The notes beneath the pieces are model-generated. The model searched no databases, was not told the origin of the DNA, and was given only the letters and a program-made list of their open reading frames with translations. From an uncultured virus (IMG/VR IMGVR_UViG_3300020190_000031) (Duplodnaviria > Heunggongvirae > Uroviricota > Caudoviricetes), in the IMG/VR virus record IMGVR_UViG_3300020190_000031: 25,072 nt of DNA; one strand, 5' to 3'. Made by a program: the position numbers and the translations under genes. This document shows, in pieces, positions 24,004 through 25,072 of this stretch (positions are counted from its first letter, which is position 1; each line of letters starts with the position of its first letter).

Positions 24004-24726
24004 TCAAACTAGTTGCACATGTTTCTTACCTGAACCGTGTGCCTCTACAAAAATATTTTGTTTGGCACCATCGCATAATTTGCAGGTGATACATTGTGCC
24101 TCTGAGTTATCAACAGTGGCAGGGCATTGTTTGCCAAGAGATGTATTCTTTACACCTACAGGTAGGACCGCAAACGTCTTCCAACCGTGTGCAGTTGCTT
24201 CAAGATAATCCTGAAAACCATCGCAAGACGCCTGAAAATAATTTTTATAAAGCTGAGCAAACTTTGTGCGCCATTGATGCGTGTAACCGGTGTGCGCTTT
24301 AGAGAAATCATTGAAGAATTCAAAAACAGAGAACGGAATCAACGCAGGGTCACCATAAGCTCCCCAGCGAATTGAGCGACCTTTAAGCATCTTCCGCACT
24401 GCCTCAATATTATCAAGGGCGGAAAGATAGCAGCCGCGTTGGTATGCTTTCCAGATGCTATTCGGCGACTGGCCAACGTTAACGTAGCAGGAACGTGTAC
24501 GGGTCAGTGGATTCTTTCTGTGGACACAATTGCCGCAGATAGAATAATCTAAACCTAGTTCAATCGCCTCCACAGGGTTAACATCTTTCAGCATAATCCA
24601 GACCTGGCACATGTTGCCCGTCTTGCGGTTATCGCTCTCTAAAGTAAGAATAGCAACGCATTCTTTACCGTCAAGAGGTGAATCAAACGTTGAAAGAATG
24701 AAACCCTTAACCTTTTTGTTCTTCAT
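24004..24726 (-). CDS. conserved Cys-rich phage protein (possibly GP88/radical-SAM-like Fe-S protein)
   Basis: SPLDG...N.KTG.M.Q.WI, SICGNC.HR...CYV, RWGAYGDPA, TGYTHQW, CPA...C..C.LCDG...AHG; GGAGG before ATG 24726. Confidence 0.7.
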   Translation of the reverse strand: MKNKKVKGFILSTFDSPLDGKECVAILTLESDNRKTGNMCQVWIMLKDVNPVEAIELGLDYSICGNCVHRKNPLTRTRSCYVNVGQSPNSIWKAYQRGCYLSALDNIEAVRKMLKGRSIRWGAYGDPALIPFSVFEFFNDFSKAHTGYTHQWRTKFAQLYKNYFQASCDGFQDYLEATAHGWKTFAVLPVGVKNTSLGKQCPATVDNSEAQCITCKLCDGAKQNIFVEAHGSGKKHVQLV

Positions 24727-24967
24727 CGTAAGCCTCCAGGTTAGCAATAAGTTTGGGAATGTTGAATGTGAATGGAATTCCGTTAAGCTTACAAGCTATA
24801 AAAGCTGTCGGCAAAAAGAACACGATAACAGCCGGAAAAATTGCTAAAAATAGCAAAAATGGCACCAGTAGAATTATCCAAAATCCGCCAAAATTGGGCA
24901 GGTTTTGGTTACTTTCGACCGGGTAAAATAGCGTTACCGGTTCAGGCGTGGGCCTGGGAGGTGGCAT
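24707..24967 (-). CDS. small membrane hypothetical protein
   Basis: Long hydrophobic segment; upstream TGnTATGAT extended -10 at 24993-25001. Confidence 0.5.
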   Translation of the reverse strand: MPPPRPTPEPVTLFYPVESNQNLPNFGGFWIILLVPFLLFLAIFPAVIVFFLPTAFIACKLNGIPFTFNIPKLIANLEAYDEEQKG

Positions 24968-25072
24968 GGGTCAAGCCCTTGGTTGCTCGCCCATCATAGC
25001 ACCTTGTCGAGAGCGGGCGACAAGAAAATGCAACAAAACGTAACACGAAAAATGTAAAATTATTGCGTGAGA

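Noticed and set aside
1..25072. Stop-codon reassignment
   Set aside because: Long genes are intact under the standard code, all three stops end genes, and none of the tRNAs is a suppressor.

Overview
This is a 25-kb piece of a tailed dsDNA phage genome, most likely a freshwater cyanophage infecting picocyanobacteria. That assignment is inferred from remembered protein families and promoter motifs, not from a database search. From left to right it holds the C-terminal end of a probable portal gene, small ORFs, three tRNAs (Arg-TCT, CAT probably Ile2, Leu-TAA), a stand-alone NrdR-like Zn-ribbon and an RlpA lytic transglycosylase with a structured leader. Next come a nuclease-like ORF, small basic proteins, many short hypotheticals and an HNH-type endonuclease. 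A tail module follows: a 1919-aa virion protein, an Mtd_N fibre, a 1020-aa LamG/SPRY adhesin and a fibre chaperone. After that is a ~1.3-kb non-coding region with an iteron-like array, AT-rich tracts and many inverted repeats (probable origin or packaging region), then minus-strand early-type genes including DUF932. The best leads are: (i) a three-hairpin, pseudoknotted leader upstream of rlpA; (ii) a GGnAnnCTA motif at a fixed position before late-type genes; (iii) 17-bp repeats resembling the cyanobacterial RpaB/HLR1 box; (iv) two covarying hairpin elements in inverted orientation flanking the DUF932 cassette; (v) a tail fibre apparently split into chained modules with inserted domains, one carrying an amicyanin-spaced copper-site motif.
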